From: Vitrella brassicaformis CCMP3155
Taxonomy: Eukaryota > Protista > Chromerida
DNA: 36,577 nt
Direction: 5' to 3'
Assembly (NCBI GenBank): GCA_001179505.1
Contig: CDMY01000650.1
Span: 1-36,577 of the forward strand
Of this stretch, positions 34,599 through 36,577 are shown in pieces. Every line of letters starts with the position of its first letter. The stretch's first letter is position 1. The translations under genes were made by a program, and so were the position numbers. The notes under the pieces are model-generated. The model saw only the letters and a program-made list of their open reading frames with translations. It made no database searches and was not told where the DNA came from.

Positions 34599-35437
34599 CG
34601 GAGGTCGAATGAAACGACACATGGGGGAAGGGGAAGTTTGTCCACGTCTATTGCCTTTTCTCTTTCCTTCCCGGTGCAGGCACCTCCCCGTCTTTCAGCG
34701 TCGAGAGGCGTCGCGAGGTGGCTGTCGACCGACTGGAATGGTGGTGGGTGGGGTGACGGGGGGATGGCGTCAAGGGGGGCTGAAATGGCTGGCAGTGGGC
34801 GGCGGCTGGTTGACTTTAATCGGCTGGCGGACAGATGGATGGATGAGTTGATGTGTGTGCCTATGTATGTGTATTTGCTGTTTTTCATTCACTACTCTGT
34901 GCCAGGTGAATGAGTGTCGGCCACGTCATTTATTCCAGCCACGGCACACGCATCATCACCCGCACACACAAAACACACCACCGGGGAGGCCGCGAGATGG
35001 ACCGATCGGCCTGCCTTCATCCGTGTCTGTGGTGTGTGGGAATCCCTGCGTTCTTAATTCCTCGTGTGTCGATGTGGTGCGAATATTTATCTGTCTGTTT
35101 GGATGGACATACACCTGATGAACCGACTGGGTGAGTGGCCGGACTGCCTCTGTGCATGAGCATCCTTTGAATTGATCGATGACACACCGAATGTCGATCT
35201 GAGGCTGTCAGTCTCTGTCGTGACACCACACACACCCAGCTCCCTGCCCTCGCAAAAAGCAGGGAATATCTCTCACTGTCTGTCTGTCTGTCTGTTTGTT
35301 TGTTTGTTATTTTTGTTACCCTACTAGAAGCTGCACACTGCACATACATACACCCATACGCCCCCTCTCAATTGCCCCCGCCCCATCTGGCACCATCTCC
35401 CTCCCTCCCTCCCTCCCTCCCTGGATCCATCGGTTTA

Positions 35438-35927
35438 TCAGCCGAGCCATTTGGTGAAGAAGTCGTTGCCCTTGTCGTCCACAACTATAAAGGCCGGGAA
35501 GTTCTCCACCTCTATTTCCACACAGCCTGCAAACATCGCATCCATCCACATTGCACCCGAGAGAGAGAGGCATCCATTGTAAACGCCTCTGCTGTGCTCT
35601 GTCTGTGTGGATGGCCGGGCCGTGTGTGCGCAAACACATACACACCTCCATGCCGAGCTCTTCGTATTCCAGCACCTCCACCTTCTTGATGCAGTTCTGC
35701 GCCAATATCGCCGCAGGGCCGCCGATGCTGCCCAGATAAAACCCACCATGCTGCTTGCAAGCCTTGGACACCTGCACAACGCCCACCAAACCAACACACC
35801 ACACCGCTCTCTGTCCTGCGTGTTTGTGCGGGCGTTGTACCTCCTTTCTCCTGTTGCCCTTGGCAAGAGTTATCATGGACCCGCCCGCAGCCATGAATGG
35901 CCCCACATACGAGTCCATCCGGCCAGC
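35438..35927 (-). CDS. fumA: Class I (Fe-S) fumarate hydratase, C-terminal three exons only
   Basis: AGRMDSYV...[15 protein letters not shown]|[42 protein letters not shown]|[24 protein letters not shown]. Confidence 0.9.
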
Positions 35928-36014
35928 AAGAGACACCCATGCACCGCTCCACTCACACGCAGACGATACCCACAACCAACGCACTTAAATGCATGGGGTG
36001 GTATGGCCGAAGGG

Positions 36015-36577
36015 GTCAACAATCCTTGACCACATAAATGTCGCACGCCATGCAACATGAACGCCAAATCGGATGCAGGCACATGGAAAGCCGTCCGATT
36101 TCCACACGCTCGATCGTAGCTACCTACCCACTGTCGTGTGTGGCGGCGATGGTGAGCTTACCGTCGTCCTGGTCGCACCCTATGATTGTGCCCTCGACGC
36201 TGCCGAGTTGTGCAGGGACGGCAGCAATTATTATTTGCACGGCAGACTCGAGCAGGCTGCGTGTGTCGCTGTCCAGGCCCAGCAGGTAGCAGCACCGTCT
36301 TGCACCTGAGCTGCAGCAGCGACCTCATGCTCAAACAGGCGAACTCGACAGAGTCCGAGACGCCTGCAGGAAGTGATGCATTTGACACACAGGCAGACTC
36401 ACGCACGGGTCTCTCAGTCGGGCTGTCTACGCACCCACGCACCCACCCACCCACCTGTGAGATCGACGAGCAGTCTTGTGATGCATGGGAGTCCATCTGC
36501 CGACTCGCCTATGTCGATGGCGTCCCCGCTGCCCTCTCCCCAAATCACACTCGCAGTCACCAGGTCGAGCTCTCGCT
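36015..36577 (-). mobile_element. Copy 2 of the 26731 cassette (gene 3' end; continues beyond the window)
   Basis: 3 mismatches in the first 100 nt against 26731.., plus a 34-nt extra segment near 36285..36318 that shifts the C-terminal frame. Confidence 0.85.

Noticed and set aside
1-36577. CRISPR array, rRNA, or prokaryotic operon
   Set aside because: There are no regularly spaced repeats or rRNA signatures, and the genes are spliceosomal.

Overview
Eukaryotic, intron-rich, GC-rich genomic DNA with (CA/TG)n, (GACA)n, (ATCC)n and (GGCA)n microsatellites in most introns. The style and the class I fumarase suggest a chromerid alveolate such as Vitrella; this is an inference. All gene models were spliced by eye from GT-AG junctions. 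Left to right: a 5'-truncated proline-rich gene; a signal-peptide FAD monooxygenase divergent from RAB5IF; a secreted knottin-like peptide gene between two 27-nt repeats; a Ser/Thr kinase divergent from a 60-aa coiled-coil microprotein; an apparent TM + NDP-kinase + SAM-methyltransferase-like fusion overlapping head-to-head with syntaxin-18; THOC5; and a hypothetical gene. From about 26.7 kb the window is an accessory zone. It holds a 2.3-kb gene cassette bounded by hairpins and a 10-bp inverted repeat, with a second copy at the right edge next to a cut-off fumarase. It also holds a 95-nt tRNA-like element with no valid anticodon arm, and two divergent paralogs whose introns are more conserved than the exon between them. 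There are three 300-N gaps.
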